The position numbers and the translations under genes are program-made. The notes under the pieces are model-generated. The model searched no databases, was not told the origin of the DNA, and worked only from the letters and a program-made list of their open reading frames with translations. Shown here piece after piece: positions 25,156 to 37,479 of a stretch of DNA of 64,000 bases; positions within the stretch are counted from its first letter, which is position 1, and every line of letters begins with the position of its first letter. Source of the DNA: Octopus sinensis (Eukaryota); NCBI RefSeq assembly GCF_006345805.1, contig NC_043000.1, positions 69,812,001-69,876,000 on the forward strand, read 5' to 3'.

Positions 25156-27982
25156 TAAAAAAAAATGTTTATCCAGTCGAGAGAGATATTAGTATTTTAT
25201 ACATTGTTGTTAAGTAGGTTATGGGTCTATAAGTTTTTGGTTAATTTGTTTCTTCATTTTTTATAAATTATCCCCCTCCTCCTCCTCCTCCTCCTCATCA
25301 TCATCATCATTATTATTATTCGGCAACGTTTCCACATTTAACTAAATTTGTCGTCTGAGGGAGTATTTATGTGCGAAAAGTTTGACTCCTCATATATTCT
25401 GGTATATGTAATGCATGCATACATCCATACACACACTTATGTATGTATGCATGTATATATGTATGTATATAACATGGAGAGAGAAAGAGGGAGATAGATT
25501 CCCGATATTGCGATATTTTTCCGTGCAAAAGAATTCAAGGGAAAAAATATCAATCTGGAGCAAAGTACTCAATACTTAAAATCATATCAGACGCCTTTAT
25601 TTTAAAAAATATGATTATGACAAAATTAGTCTCATATGAGACACTTGGAGAATGAATAGGTGTAGTCACGCCATTTTCGTGTGTGCGCACTTGTATATAA
25701 AAGCGTGTTTTAGTTATATTTAATAAGAGAAAATTTATTTGTATGCTTAAAATTATCTGTTTTGGTGTCTGCGACTACTAGCCCTTAAACAAAGATACAA
25801 GTTGCTTTGTTTTGTTTTATGTTTTATTGAGAGAACGAAAGTGAAATCAAATTTATGTGCAAAGTTTCAAACACACAAGTATATATCGTTGCAAGCTAAC
25901 TTGATCTGTACTAATCAGTGTTTATTTGAATTATTTGCGACTCACTTTGTTTTCTTTATTTTTTAAGATAAACATTCGATTATTACTTTCGGATTTTCAG
26001 CATCATCCTTTTTCTGTACAATTTATCAAGTTCTAATGATAGTAGTTTTTTTTCCAATCATTTTCGATTTCTGTTACGATCCATTCTACTGAGGTAGTCA
26101 ACCAGCATCTCAAGCAGATACTGGCTTATAATCAACAAGACATTAATAATGCTTCATTCTTAGAAAACTTTGTTGCCAAATGAAATAAATGATACAATTA
26201 TGATCGCGACTGAATAGTCCTTTGCAACTTTTAGGAAGTGAAATCCTTTCTTTGCAATAACAAATGAAATTAAATGAATAGTCATGATTTCTTTTGCGAT
26301 TTACATGATATTTAAGTTTAAAAGAAACAAAATTTCACTACGCTAAAGTTAATAAAGCAATCACATTTTGACAACAATTAATTTCCTTCAATTTATGCAT
26401 AATAGTAATTTAGAAAAATCTTTAAAGAAACTGTTATCTAGAAGCAACGGCGCCTTATTATAGAAAATTATATCGATTGATGGCAAGTTGTGTGTAAAAT
26501 GGTTTAAGTTTTGTAATAAAAATGTTTTTAGCTCTTCTTCAAATATATTTAATAGAAAATATTTCTAAAACCAATATATTTTTCCATATTCACTCGTTAC
26601 AGCTGATAAGGTAAGTGTTGACTGAAAAATGGGATTACTGTAGGAGTTTTTATGTAGCTTTCTCATACATTTCGATGGTCCCTGACGAGGTCTTACTTTT
26701 TTTGACTGTCAATGAAATAATAACTATAATATGTTGGTGTTATGTCAATCAACTACCCTCAACTAAAAGAAAAATAATAATTGTCATTGTGCCCAGTCAA
26801 TATTTCATCAAAAGAAAATGGCGTTTTTTCATTAATCACAATCCCTGGTCGATCGTTGATTACTGTGCAATTAATCATTATCTTATCTCTAAGGATTTGA
26901 TGTTATGCGTCAGTCACTTCAAATTACATTCATTTTAAAGTGGTCTTCCCTTGACAGTATTTTGAAAACCTAGGAATTTAGACTCCGGGTTAAAATAATA
27001 TCTTCAATTAAAATATTTCCCTTTCACAATAGAACGTCATACTGCTGGTTTCACCGTTTTACTCCAAAATGGCAATAATTGAATCTCCAATTTTAAAGCT
27101 TCTGACTAGGAATAATGGAAGGAATAATGAAATGTGAAAGAATGTTTTCAGAAAGTACAGCAACATTTCAGATTTAGAATCAGTTTTGTTTTTGGATTAA
27201 TGTAAGACGAATCATTTTAATATTACATTTCAATATTTTATATTTTTCATCTCTTTGATTGCATATTTCTTTGGAATTTTAATTTGACTAAGTGATATAA
27301 TCTGTAAGGAATAATGACATCAAGAATGTATGGTCTTTATAACACTATATACTGAGTCATATTATTATAAGAAAACAAGCTAAAAGAAACGTTTGTTTCC
27401 GTTAATGAATCAATTTTACCTAATTGTGAAATTACGTGGCATCCTCGATGTTGATCTGGTTTCCTAGTAAAATTGTTACAACAACCACACACACACACGT
27501 GCTCACACGCGCGTACATTTGTACTCAAAAACACAAACACACATACACACACAGGTATATACTGGAAGAAATTTCTTTCATCCAACATGTCTTTACTCGT
27601 CCCATTACTAGGTATTTCTCAACGAAAATACTCAAAAAGAAATTTGAAATAGCGAAGTCTATCTGAATGAAATAGAAAGGATGACTCAATCAAATACTAC
27701 TAAAATGAATTTAAAACCAAGCCGTAACATATCGTTTTGAAACCTGGTTCAATGTAAACTAAGAAAGTTCACAAGAAAAGACAAGAAGATAATATTTCGA
27801 ACTCAAGCACAAAGATGGAGTATTATTGTAAGGGTAATAATACTCGATCTTTCTATAAAACCGTTTTATACGATACATTTTCGACGCTTCTAAAAACAAA
27901 ATAAAAGTTTGTTTACATATGTTGTTGCATTCCAAAAAAAAACTATGCATTTAGCGCTGATGGAGGTTGTTGTCATTTATCA

Positions 27983-28046
27983 GTTTAGCTTAATGGTAGA
28001 GTACTCAACTGATTTCCAACGGGCGCGGGTTCGAGTCACGCGGCTA
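27983..28046 (+). pseudogene. tRNA-like sequence (decayed tRNA or SINE head)
   Basis: A-box tagcttaatggtagag, B-box gggttcgagtc, downstream T-run; the acceptor stem is not convincing. Confidence 0.5.
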
Positions 28047-28520
28047 TCAACGACTGTTCTTTTTTCCGTCCTATAAGGTTATTAACACTCGATTTTTCTG
28101 CTGTTTTCGCAGCTACACTGCGTTCGATATTTTATCTTCTAGTCTGTATAATCTAAGTTACTTCGATTGGTTTCGGCCAGAATTGGCCCAGGATATGACT
28201 AACTTAATAATTCCTCTTGAAGAGATTTAATTATGTCTGTGTTACAGTTATAGCTCACTCATCAACCGGACGTACACTAAACTACAGAATATTTTCTATA
28301 CAAATTCAGGTATTCTGTGGATCGACTTAAAATAACTGGAATGCAAGAATGGGCAGGAACGAATGTAATATATACGTGGACACAAGATCTAGCTTTCTGA
28401 CTCAGTATTTAAAAAATAAAATACATCAATTAAATCTGAATTCATACCGTAACTATTTTAACCTTTTAGACGTTCTTAAACAGGCCTGCAAGACAAATTC
28501 GTGTCCACGTACATCTCGTA

Positions 28521-28888
28521 TCTTTCTCTTGTTTCAGTCATTTGACTGTGGCCATACTGGGGCACCACCTTGAAGGTTTTAGTCGACCCTAGGACTTATT
28601 TTTTAATGCTTAGTACTTATTCAATCAGTGGTCCATTTTGCCAAACCGCTAGGCTACGAAGACATAAACAAACCAGCACCGGTTGCCAAGCGGCGGTAGG
28701 AGACAAACACCCCACCCCAAATATATATATACACATACGACGGTCTTCTTTCAGTTTCCGTCTACCAAATCCACTCATACGGCTTTGGTCTGCCTGAGAC
28801 TATAGTAGAATATACTTATTCAAGGTGCCCCGCAGTGGGACTGAACACGGAACTATATTGATGGGAAGCAAGCTTCTTACTACACAGC
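28521..28888 (-). mobile_element. tRNA-derived SINE family 1, diverged copy
   Basis: Reverse-complement homology to 6296-6690. Confidence 0.88.
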
Positions 28889-29294
28889 TAGGTAAACAGT
28901 TTTGTATTCATGCATATATTATGTTTATTCCGTTCTTTGCATTAATTCTTTTCATTTTTGTGTCAACTCAAAAATTGTATCTCTAATATTCATGATTGGA
29001 TAGGTATCCCTCCACGATTTGAAACGTGATATTAGGTCCCCTTTTACATGGAATATCAAAGTTCCTGCTATTCAAATTACATACATGAGATGGAGTTTAA
29101 AGAAAAGTATGTAATTACAAAAATAAACAAGATTGATGTAGTACCGTTATATAGATATATTTTGAAAATCAGATACAGTAAATAATTTAATCATTTATGC
29201 TAAAATATTCCCAATGCAAAAGTTTCTATGCGCAGCATATGCCTAGATATTGTTTATTGAATCGCGAAATACGCCTTGCCGTGTAGATAGATAG

Positions 29295-29691
<397 letters not shown>

Positions 29692-30293
29692 CGTGTGTAT
29701 ATTTTCTTAATTTTGCAGATTCTGTATAATTGTATGGAAGAAAACATGAAATTGTCAACTAATATTTGTAACTTAACACAAATACAATTACTGTGTTCTA
29801 ATTGAAAAAAACAATCATATATAACATTTCCGTTGGCTATATAAAAATTCCATAAGTTAATGGTAAAGGTCAACCATGTCATTTTGTATAGTAAGATAGA
29901 TTTATTGCTCTTTTTGAAATACAGTGACTCTCGTTATAAACTTCTTTCCAAATATATAAGGTAACACAAATACGTTTCTAGTGTTTGCTGTAATAAAATT
30001 AAAAGCTGCCATTTTTTCTTGGTCACAAACTGGAGAACTGATATCATGACAATTTTTAGAGCCATGCATTTGAATTTAGGTAAATTAGATAACTCGGACT
30101 TGTATCAAATATTTCATGTAAGTAATGATGTATGGAATGACGCATGTAAAAAATAATAATTTATTGAAGTTTGCCTCATAAATTGGAAAAGAATATATAA
30201 AAACCTAATGTCATGTTAGTATCTCTTACATAAATGAAGAGATGGTTTCAAGAAATAAAGATTTAATTCCGCAGAAAATTAAATGTTCGTACA

Positions 30294-33200
30294 TAATAAT
30301 AATAATAATAATGAAATTATTGTATACAGTGCTCAGGTGCACCACAACTTGTCAGAAAGTGCGTATAAAGTATATGCAGTAATGTACAAATGTCTGGAAA
30401 GCGAACAATGTATGAGTCAGATACATGCTTGTGTGTGTATGGAGGGGAGAAAATCAGGTGTAGTGTTGGCGAATCTCAAAAAGCATGGAAGTTTTGAAGG
30501 ATGCAGTGCTCCGACAACTAACAACTGATGCTGGCAGTTTGTTCCATGCTTCAGCAACTCTCAGCGTGAAAAAATGTTTCCTAAAGTCATGGGAGCTGTG
30601 CTGTTTTCTGACTTTGTAAATATGTCCACGGGTGTTAGACGGGTGGAGTTTGAAAAGGTGCTCACAGTTATTGTTTGTAAGATGGTTAATAATTTTATGG
30701 ATGTCTGCCAAGTCAGCTGCCAGACGTCGGAGTTTCAATGTGTCCATGCCCAGGGAAGTAAGGCGTTCAGAATATGGCAAATGCCTGATGGAGGGTATTC
30801 TTTTGATTGCACGTTGCTGAACGGCTTCCAGACGATTAATATCCTGGGCAAGATAGGGGTTCCAGACCGGTGATGCAAATTCCAGGTGAGGTCTTACCAT
30901 AGCTATATAAAGCCGCAGATAGATAGCCGGAGAGCGGCTCACAAAGGATTTGATGAGTGATGCCAAGACACCCTCAGCCTTCTTGGCAATTTTAGAAATG
31001 TGTTTTGTCCAACGCAAATCGCTGTCGACAATAACACCCAGGTCACGTTCACACGAAGACTTTTTGAGATTAGTGTTGTGGAGGGAGTAAGTGGGCGCTG
31101 GGTTTCTCCTCCCAAAATGCATAGTGGTACATTTATCCACAGCCAGCTTGAGTTGCCAGTCCATGATCCACTGCTGCATTGTGTCCCGGTCTGCTTGCAA
31201 TAGAGATCTATAGTGTACAGGATCTGACCTCTTTATTTCGAGGTACAACTTGATGTCATCTGCATATTTCAGCACTGTGGCATTCTTTAAGTTGGCATCT
31301 ATGTCATTAACATATGCAACAAATAAAAGGGGGCCAAGAACAGACCCCTGTGGTACACCAGATGTCATCTCATAGGGTGAAGAGTGCTGCCCTAGAACTG
31401 TGACAACCTCTTTTCGGCCGAAAATAAAGGACTTCAACCAGTTATAGAGTTCGTCTCTTACGCCCAACGCAGAGAGTTTCACCATAAGTCTTTTGTGTGG
31501 CACAGAGTTAAAAGCCTTAGAAAAGTCCAGGTAAACAACATCCACCCAAGATCCGCGATCAGTGATTTGGGTAATATCCTCAAGAAACTCGATGAGTTGA
31601 TTACAGCAGCTGGAGTTAAGAATAAATCCAAATTGTGACGGCTGGATGAGGCTGTGAGACTTCCAGAAGTTTCAGAGGGTTTCCCTGACAAGTCCATCAG
31701 TTTGGCGATGCAGCTAGTAAGACAAACGGGGCGATAGTTGACAGGCGATGTGCGGTCACCTTTTTTGAACAGAGAGATAACACTGGCAGTTTTCCACTGC
31801 TCTGGAGTAACACCATTGTCAAGACAGAATTGGAAGAATAGAGAAAGTTGGCTTAGAAGAAAGTACCCACCGCGTTTGAGAAGTAGGTATGTAACACCAT
31901 CGAGACCAGGAGAGGCATATTTGCGTTTATTCTTAAGGTGTCGGTGTAGCATTGCTGGTGTAAACTTCATAGAAGATATAGAGTCCGATGTCAGAGGTGA
32001 TGGAGATTAACATTTTGGTCTTCGACAGTAAAGATGCCAGCATAGCATCCAGCAATGATTTCTGCACATTATTTGGGATTACCAGTAATCTGCCTTGTGT
32101 GTGAATTGCGAAGGGGACCAACTGGAGAGTGAGGTCTCTGCTTTGAGTGCACATACTTCCAGAACACTTTGCTGTCAGGGCTGGTTGCAATGCGCTGTCC
32201 AAATTCAAGCACTACCTTTTTTGTCACCTGCTTGAGGTGGTTGGCTGACCTGTTGCGCTTTTTCCTGTTGATCTCTAATTTGTGCATTTTGTATTCCTGT
32301 TCAGCATTACGGCGTCCTTTCCTGGCAAGTCGTACTGCTGCAGTCTCCCAAATTGTACTACTGGGTGGTTTTTTGTGCTTGCATGGTACTGATGCTGCAC
32401 ATGCCGCCCATATTGAATTCAGAATGTTCTTGAGTATAGTGTCCACATCTCCAGAGGCATAAAATTCGAGCCAGTTTGGGCGTTGCAGCTCAGTACAATA
32501 AGAGCTCCAGTCTGCTTTATTCCAGTCAAAGTGAGCAGTTTGAAGATGGTTGTGGTTTTTGTTACAACCAATCAGAGACAAGTCGGCCATGAATGGAATG
32601 ATCAGAGTCACCTAAAGGCTCTTCAGTAGTGACACTAATGATTGTTTCAGGAGAAGCGGTAAGTAGCAGATCCAAAGTGTTGTTACTCCTTGTGGGGGAG
32701 GTAACGACTTGGGACCAATTTGAATTCAGCACCAGTTCAAGGAAATCGTCTGCACTTTGCGGCCTCCCAGCCAATCGCAGGGAAATTGAAGTCACCCGCA
32801 ATATAAGCATACGTGGCTGTCTTCATGGCAGCAGCTCTGAGGATATCAAAAAGCTGTGCGTCTTGATGATAATTTGCGGGGCGGTAAACAACTCCAAGCA
32901 GAAGTGTTGACATGGTCATGTGTATATTGCAGAAAAATACTTTCTGCTGAGATTGGTTCAAATCATCACAAGAGATTGCCGATAGATTTGATCGAACATA
33001 AACCATCACACCCCCTCCATGGCGATTAATGCGGTCTTTGCGAAACAGGTTGTAGCCGGTTATGCTGAAAACTCCATCACAGAGTGCAGAATGTGCCCAT
33101 ATTTCCGTGACTGATGAAATCTGGGTTGATACTTTTGACGTAAGAGTCAAAAAGATGTACCTTGTTGCATAAACTACGGGCATTCAAGGACAGCAGTTTG

Positions 33201-34143
33201 TATCTGGATTTCAGATGATGATATGCAGGGGATGGCTGATTGTTCTTGGTTAGTTTCCCAAGACTTTTGTATTGCCAGTTGTTGTTGTGGGTGCAGTTTA
33301 CTTAGTCCAACTGGTATTCCTTATCCACGGCTCACCAGACTTGACAAATTTCCAGATTTGCCCATCATCGCGGAGGCTAAGACTTTCCTGTGGCACAGAG
33401 TTGCGATTTAGGGAAGCTACAGATCTTAGCCTTGGGCGTACATCCGGTGGTAGGCCAGGACGTGTCCTAAAGGTGATTCTGTTTTCGCGCCGAGCCCTAT
33501 CAGCAGCCAGATGGTATGCTCGCGCCTCAGTAAAGTTTGAAAACATCAGCCTGATCAGTCTGGGTTTGGATCCTGGTCGGCAAGGCGGAAAGCACTTCTT
33601 GGAGGAACACAGCTGAGGTCCTTAGATGTGTTTCCGGTGAATGGCTGCAGATCTATCAAATCTTCCGGCACTCCGATGGCAATTACCTCATGAGTGGTTG
33701 ATTCAACAACTTCCTCGATGCGTCGAGGTTCCGTACGAGCTGCAGGTAAGTTGCTGAGCAAGGCACTCCGATATGATCACCCACGCTGGGAGTTTTCGCA
33801 CAGACACTGGTCTTGATTTCTGCTATTTCGTGACTTAAAGCAGAAATCATTTGTCTAATTTCTGCAACTTCTGTGCTGATGGTCGATTTCAGCTTCAGTT
33901 GAGAAGTATCAGGAGAGGAGGGCATGCAATGTTTATAATTACTACATTCGCAAAAGATTCTTCCTACTTAATATGTTTCACTTTATATTTCCTCAAGTCA
34001 ATACTTAGTCATTCAGGAAGACATTCAAAGATTTTTTGAGTTTTATTTATAATAGCCTTCGTAGCTTTTCAGAAATTTCTTGGCTATTTTCTAGGAGATT
34101 TAAAAAGCACATGTTGATCAGAGGCTGCCATCTTCCTCCGCCC
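30294..34143 (-). mobile_element. Near full-length CR1-group LINE (ORF1 + APE-RT ORF2), few frameshifts
   Basis: ORF1 remnants at 33298-33925; APE at 32737-33183 (VTEIW, RKDR...GGGV, VVYRP, GDFNFP) and DLLL...GDSDH; RT at 30454-31970; short (ATT)n tail on the element strand at 30294-30312. Confidence 0.92.
30454..31545 (-). CDS. Reverse transcriptase portion of CR1-group ORF2 (363 aa open)
   Basis: YLDFSKAFNSVPH, SGVPQGSVLGPLLF, YADDIKLY, ERDLGV, VRPHLEFASPVWNP. Confidence 0.9.
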   Translation of the reverse strand: MDVVYLDFSKAFNSVPHKRLMVKLSALGVRDELYNWLKSFIFGRKEVVTVLGQHSSPYEMTSGVPQGSVLGPLLFVAYVNDIDANLKNATVLKYADDIKLYLEIKRSDPVHYRSLLQADRDTMQQWIMDWQLKLAVDKCTTMHFGRRNPAPTYSLHNTNLKKSSCERDLGVIVDSDLRWTKHISKIAKKAEGVLASLIKSFVSRSPAIYLRLYIAMVRPHLEFASPVWNPYLAQDINRLEAVQQRAIKRIPSIRHLPYSERLTSLGMDTLKLRRLAADLADIHKIINHLTNNNCEHLFKLHPSNTRGHIYKVRKQHSSHDFRKHFFTLRVAEAWNKLPASVVSCRSTASFKTSMLFEIRQHYT

Positions 34144-34500
34144 ATAAGGAGATATCGGATATTTGTTAGCAGGGAAGGCGATAGCGCGCGCGCGTAAGTG
34201 AGTGAGAGAGAAAGGGAGAGAGAGAGAGAGAGAGAGAGAGAAATAGAAACTGCGTGCAGATCTTAGAATTCTTGATAAGTGACTTGGCTGGCCTTAGAAT
34301 TCTTGATCAAATGGGAAATTGGCTGACTAGTTAAAAAGATGCCCAATAATAAATATATGATAAAAAAAACAAGTGTGTTCATTGGCAAAGTAACCAAAGA
34401 TATAGCAATATGCATACACATGTTCACGTGCGTATGCATGTGTGTATGTTTGCGTGCGTATGTGTGTATTTGCATGCATGTATGCAAACACACACACACG

Positions 34501-34531
<31 letters not shown>

Positions 34532-34739
34532 ACACACACACACACACACACCACCGGGCACCGTGGCTGTTTTTAGCCGAATCCTCTTTATGACAGACAT
34601 TCAAGCAAGGTCATCGGTTTGAAGATATCTTACTCATCACACCCATCATGCTTGGAGGTCCTGCAAAAATGTCATGGGTACTGCGTTCTTTCCTAACTAA
34701 AATAATAACTTTTAAAACATGCGTACGTCCAAACATATA

Positions 34740-35897
34740 CGAGGGGAGTTCAATAAGTAATGCCCCTGACCCACTTCCCATAGCAGTAGAGCAATGAAAC
34801 TTGGCACAGTTATTAGTCTTTAACTACATAGGAACCACCCAGAGTTATGCATTTCTCTCATCGTTTGATGCAGCTCTGGAGACCGTTTTTGTAGAAGACC
34901 CCAGCTTGGTCCTCCAACCACGACATGATTCAGAAATCAAGGCTGGATCACCTGGGAAACGCTTTCCTTTCTAAAACAACTTCATAGCTGGGAAGAGGTG
35001 AAAATCAGAGGGTGCAAGGTCAGGAGAGTAGGGGGCATGGGGGAGGAGTTCATAGCCGCACGCCTGTGCTTCTGATCTGGCGACACGCGAGTTGTGGACC
35101 GGAGCGTTGTCCTGCAGGACGATGCCTTTGCTGATCTTGCCCCGCCTCCTGATTTTGATAGCTTCTCTTAATTTCCTCAAAAGTGAAGCATAATAGGCTC
35201 CTGTAATTGTGGTACCCTTTGCCAGGAAATCTGTCATCACTACTCCGTTCTGGTCCCAGAAGACTGTGAGCATGACCATGCCAGCGGAGGGCTGCACCCT
35301 TGCCTTCTTTGGAGGAGGTGAGTCACGGTGCTTCCACTGCATTGACTGGGCTTTGGTCTCTGGATCATAGTGATGGACCCAGGTTTCATCCTGTGTAATC
35401 AATCTTTTGAAATATTTTGACTCTTCTTCTTGGCCCATCTCCACAGACCCGGCACTAATCTTGACCTCATCGGCTATTTGGCGAATAGTTATGCGTCGAT
35501 CTTCCAAATAGGCAGCCTCAACTTGACGGACAGATACCTCATCAATGGCAGAAGGGGGCGACCAGATCTGGGAGCTGTTTTCACAGAGTTCCGACCATGT
35601 TTGAATTCACGAAGCCAAATTTTACAAGGTCATATGATGGGGCATCATCACCATAAGTTACTTTCATTTCATCAAAAGTCTCCCGTGGTGTGCGTCCTTT
35701 CAAATACAAAAACCGGATCACTGCTCGACACTCAACAGGCTCCATTTCACACTTGACTCAGTTCAAACACCTGTAAATCAGACACCACAATTAGTTCAGA
35801 GCTGTAATTTGCCACTTAATTTATAGAGATATAAATAATTGCACATGCAAAATTTCAGCTAGATCAAATAACTGCATTACTTATTGAACGTCCCTCG
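34740..35897 (-). mobile_element. Mariner DNA transposon, internally deleted, TA target duplication
   Basis: 24-bp TIRs cgaggggagttcaataagtaatgc / cgagggacgttcaataagtaatgc; TA at 34738-9 and 35898-9. Confidence 0.96.
34813..35745 (-). pseudogene. Mariner transposase pseudogene
   Basis: MEPVECRAVIRFL start, TQDETWVHHY, QDNAPVH, YSPDLAPSDFHLF; frameshifts and loss of the WVPRLL region. Confidence 0.93.
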
Positions 35898-36189
35898 TAG
35901 CTACATACATGCAATAGCATGCATTCAAGTATACAGTAAACACACACATATACACACGCACACACACAAATACATACATACATACATACATACATACATA
36001 CTACATACATACATACATACATACATGCATACATACATACATACGTACTTAGTACATACATGCTTCCACACATGATGTAGATCGAGCGTTATATAACGAA
36101 ATGCGTTAAAAGAAGAAAACGGGGGAGTTAAATATAAGAAGACGAAATCATGTCGAGGTCATAACCACACATAATATGAAAGAATATTA

Positions 36190-36582
36190 GTGAACTGTTC
36201 CTGCCAAGACTTCAATAAAATGCAAATAAATAAATAAATACATCGAACTGACATAATGGCATTGACAGAGAAATGATACTATGCACTGTAGTTGAAATCA
36301 TTTGCCCAGTTGATGTCAACATAATATCAAAGACTAGTGGAAAAGAAAATATATGTGTCGAACAGATGAAATCTGAAGTTGCAGGATCCAAACTATATAT
36401 TTAGATGTTTACTCATAATCAATGAAACATTTGGCCACGTGAGTAAATGTCTCAGGACCACATCTGAAAAGTTGAGTTTCACAAAATCTGAAAGAAGACG
36501 CCTACTCAAGAAACTACTGCTACATACTGTCAAAGGTAATGTCAAAATACATAAAACTTTTAAGAAGTTCAGCATGTTGTAA
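36190..36582 (+). mobile_element. Decayed RLE-LINE C-terminal fragment
   Basis: Translates roughly to R.DIMAL.REMILCTVVEIICPVDVNI (PD..E/D-like) and ...LII..TFGHV...TVKG.VKI.KTF.KF. Confidence 0.6.
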
Positions 36583-36807
36583 GGTTTATGTTTGCAATGA
36601 CAGTCACAACCATAGCCACGTTTTCACATGAACACACATATGTATGTGCGAACATGCGTATTTACATACATGCGTGCAACAAGAATGCACACAACAAGCA
36701 TACATACAATGGTAGTAGTAGTAGTAGTAGTAGTAACTACTGGTGCTGCTGCTGCTGTTGATGCTGTTGTTGTTGTTGCTTTGAGTAGACAATATTACAG
36801 TAAAGAA

Positions 36808-36973
36808 ATATTTACATTATTTCATTATTTACATTCGACGGATATTTGTTCTCATCTTGCTTGTTGTTAACACAACGTTTCGGCTGATATACCTTCTTAA
36901 GGTGCCTTGGGGAAATTTCGAACCTGGGTTCTCATTCGTAAAGTATTTTTCGATGTTGTTGTTGTTGTTGTTG

Positions 36974-37031
<58 letters not shown>

Positions 37032-37044
37032 CATTATTATTATT

Positions 37045-37077
<33 letters not shown>

Positions 37078-37460
37078 CAGGTCACTGGCTGGAATCGAAC
37101 TCGACATCTTGGGGTTAGTAGCCCGCGCTCTTAACCACTACGCCATATGCCCACGGACATATGGTGTTGTGATTAAGAGCGCGGGCTACTAGCCCCAAAA
37201 ATCCGAGTTTGATTCCAAGTAGAGACCTGAACAACAACAATAACAACAACAACAATAACAACAACAACAACAATAATAACATCGAAAAATACCCTGGGAA
37301 TGAGAACCCAGGTTCGAAATTTCCCCAAGACACCTGAAGAAGTCTGAAGGGTATATCAGTTGAAACGTTGTGTTAACAGAAAACCAGATAAGGACAAATA
37401 TCCGTCGAATGTAAATAATCTCAATAATGTACATAATTCCTCATCTCTTAAATATGGAAC
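36808..37460. mobile_element. Head-to-head palindromic pair of a composite element: tRNA-like head + (AAY)n + HHR-containing tail
   Basis: Arms 36808-37152 (minus) and 37153-~37460 (plus). Left copy has A-box tggcgtagtgg and B-box gagttcgattcc. The tail gagaacccaggttcgaaattt...ccgtcgaatgtaaataat is shared by both arms. Confidence 0.9.
37329..37374 (+). ncRNA. Minimal type I hammerhead motif (degenerate mirror copy at 36869-36906, minus)
   Basis: GACAC-CUGAAGA-[agucugaaggguauaucaguu]-GAA-ACGU-U-GUGUU. Stem II is imperfect here; the mirror copy has cagcc, suggesting a consensus ggcug/cagcc. Confidence 0.65.
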
Positions 37461-37479
37461 TAGGAAATATTTAGTTAAA

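Noticed and set aside
26680-26700. ctgacgag motif
   Set aside because: No downstream stem II/GAAA; chance match.
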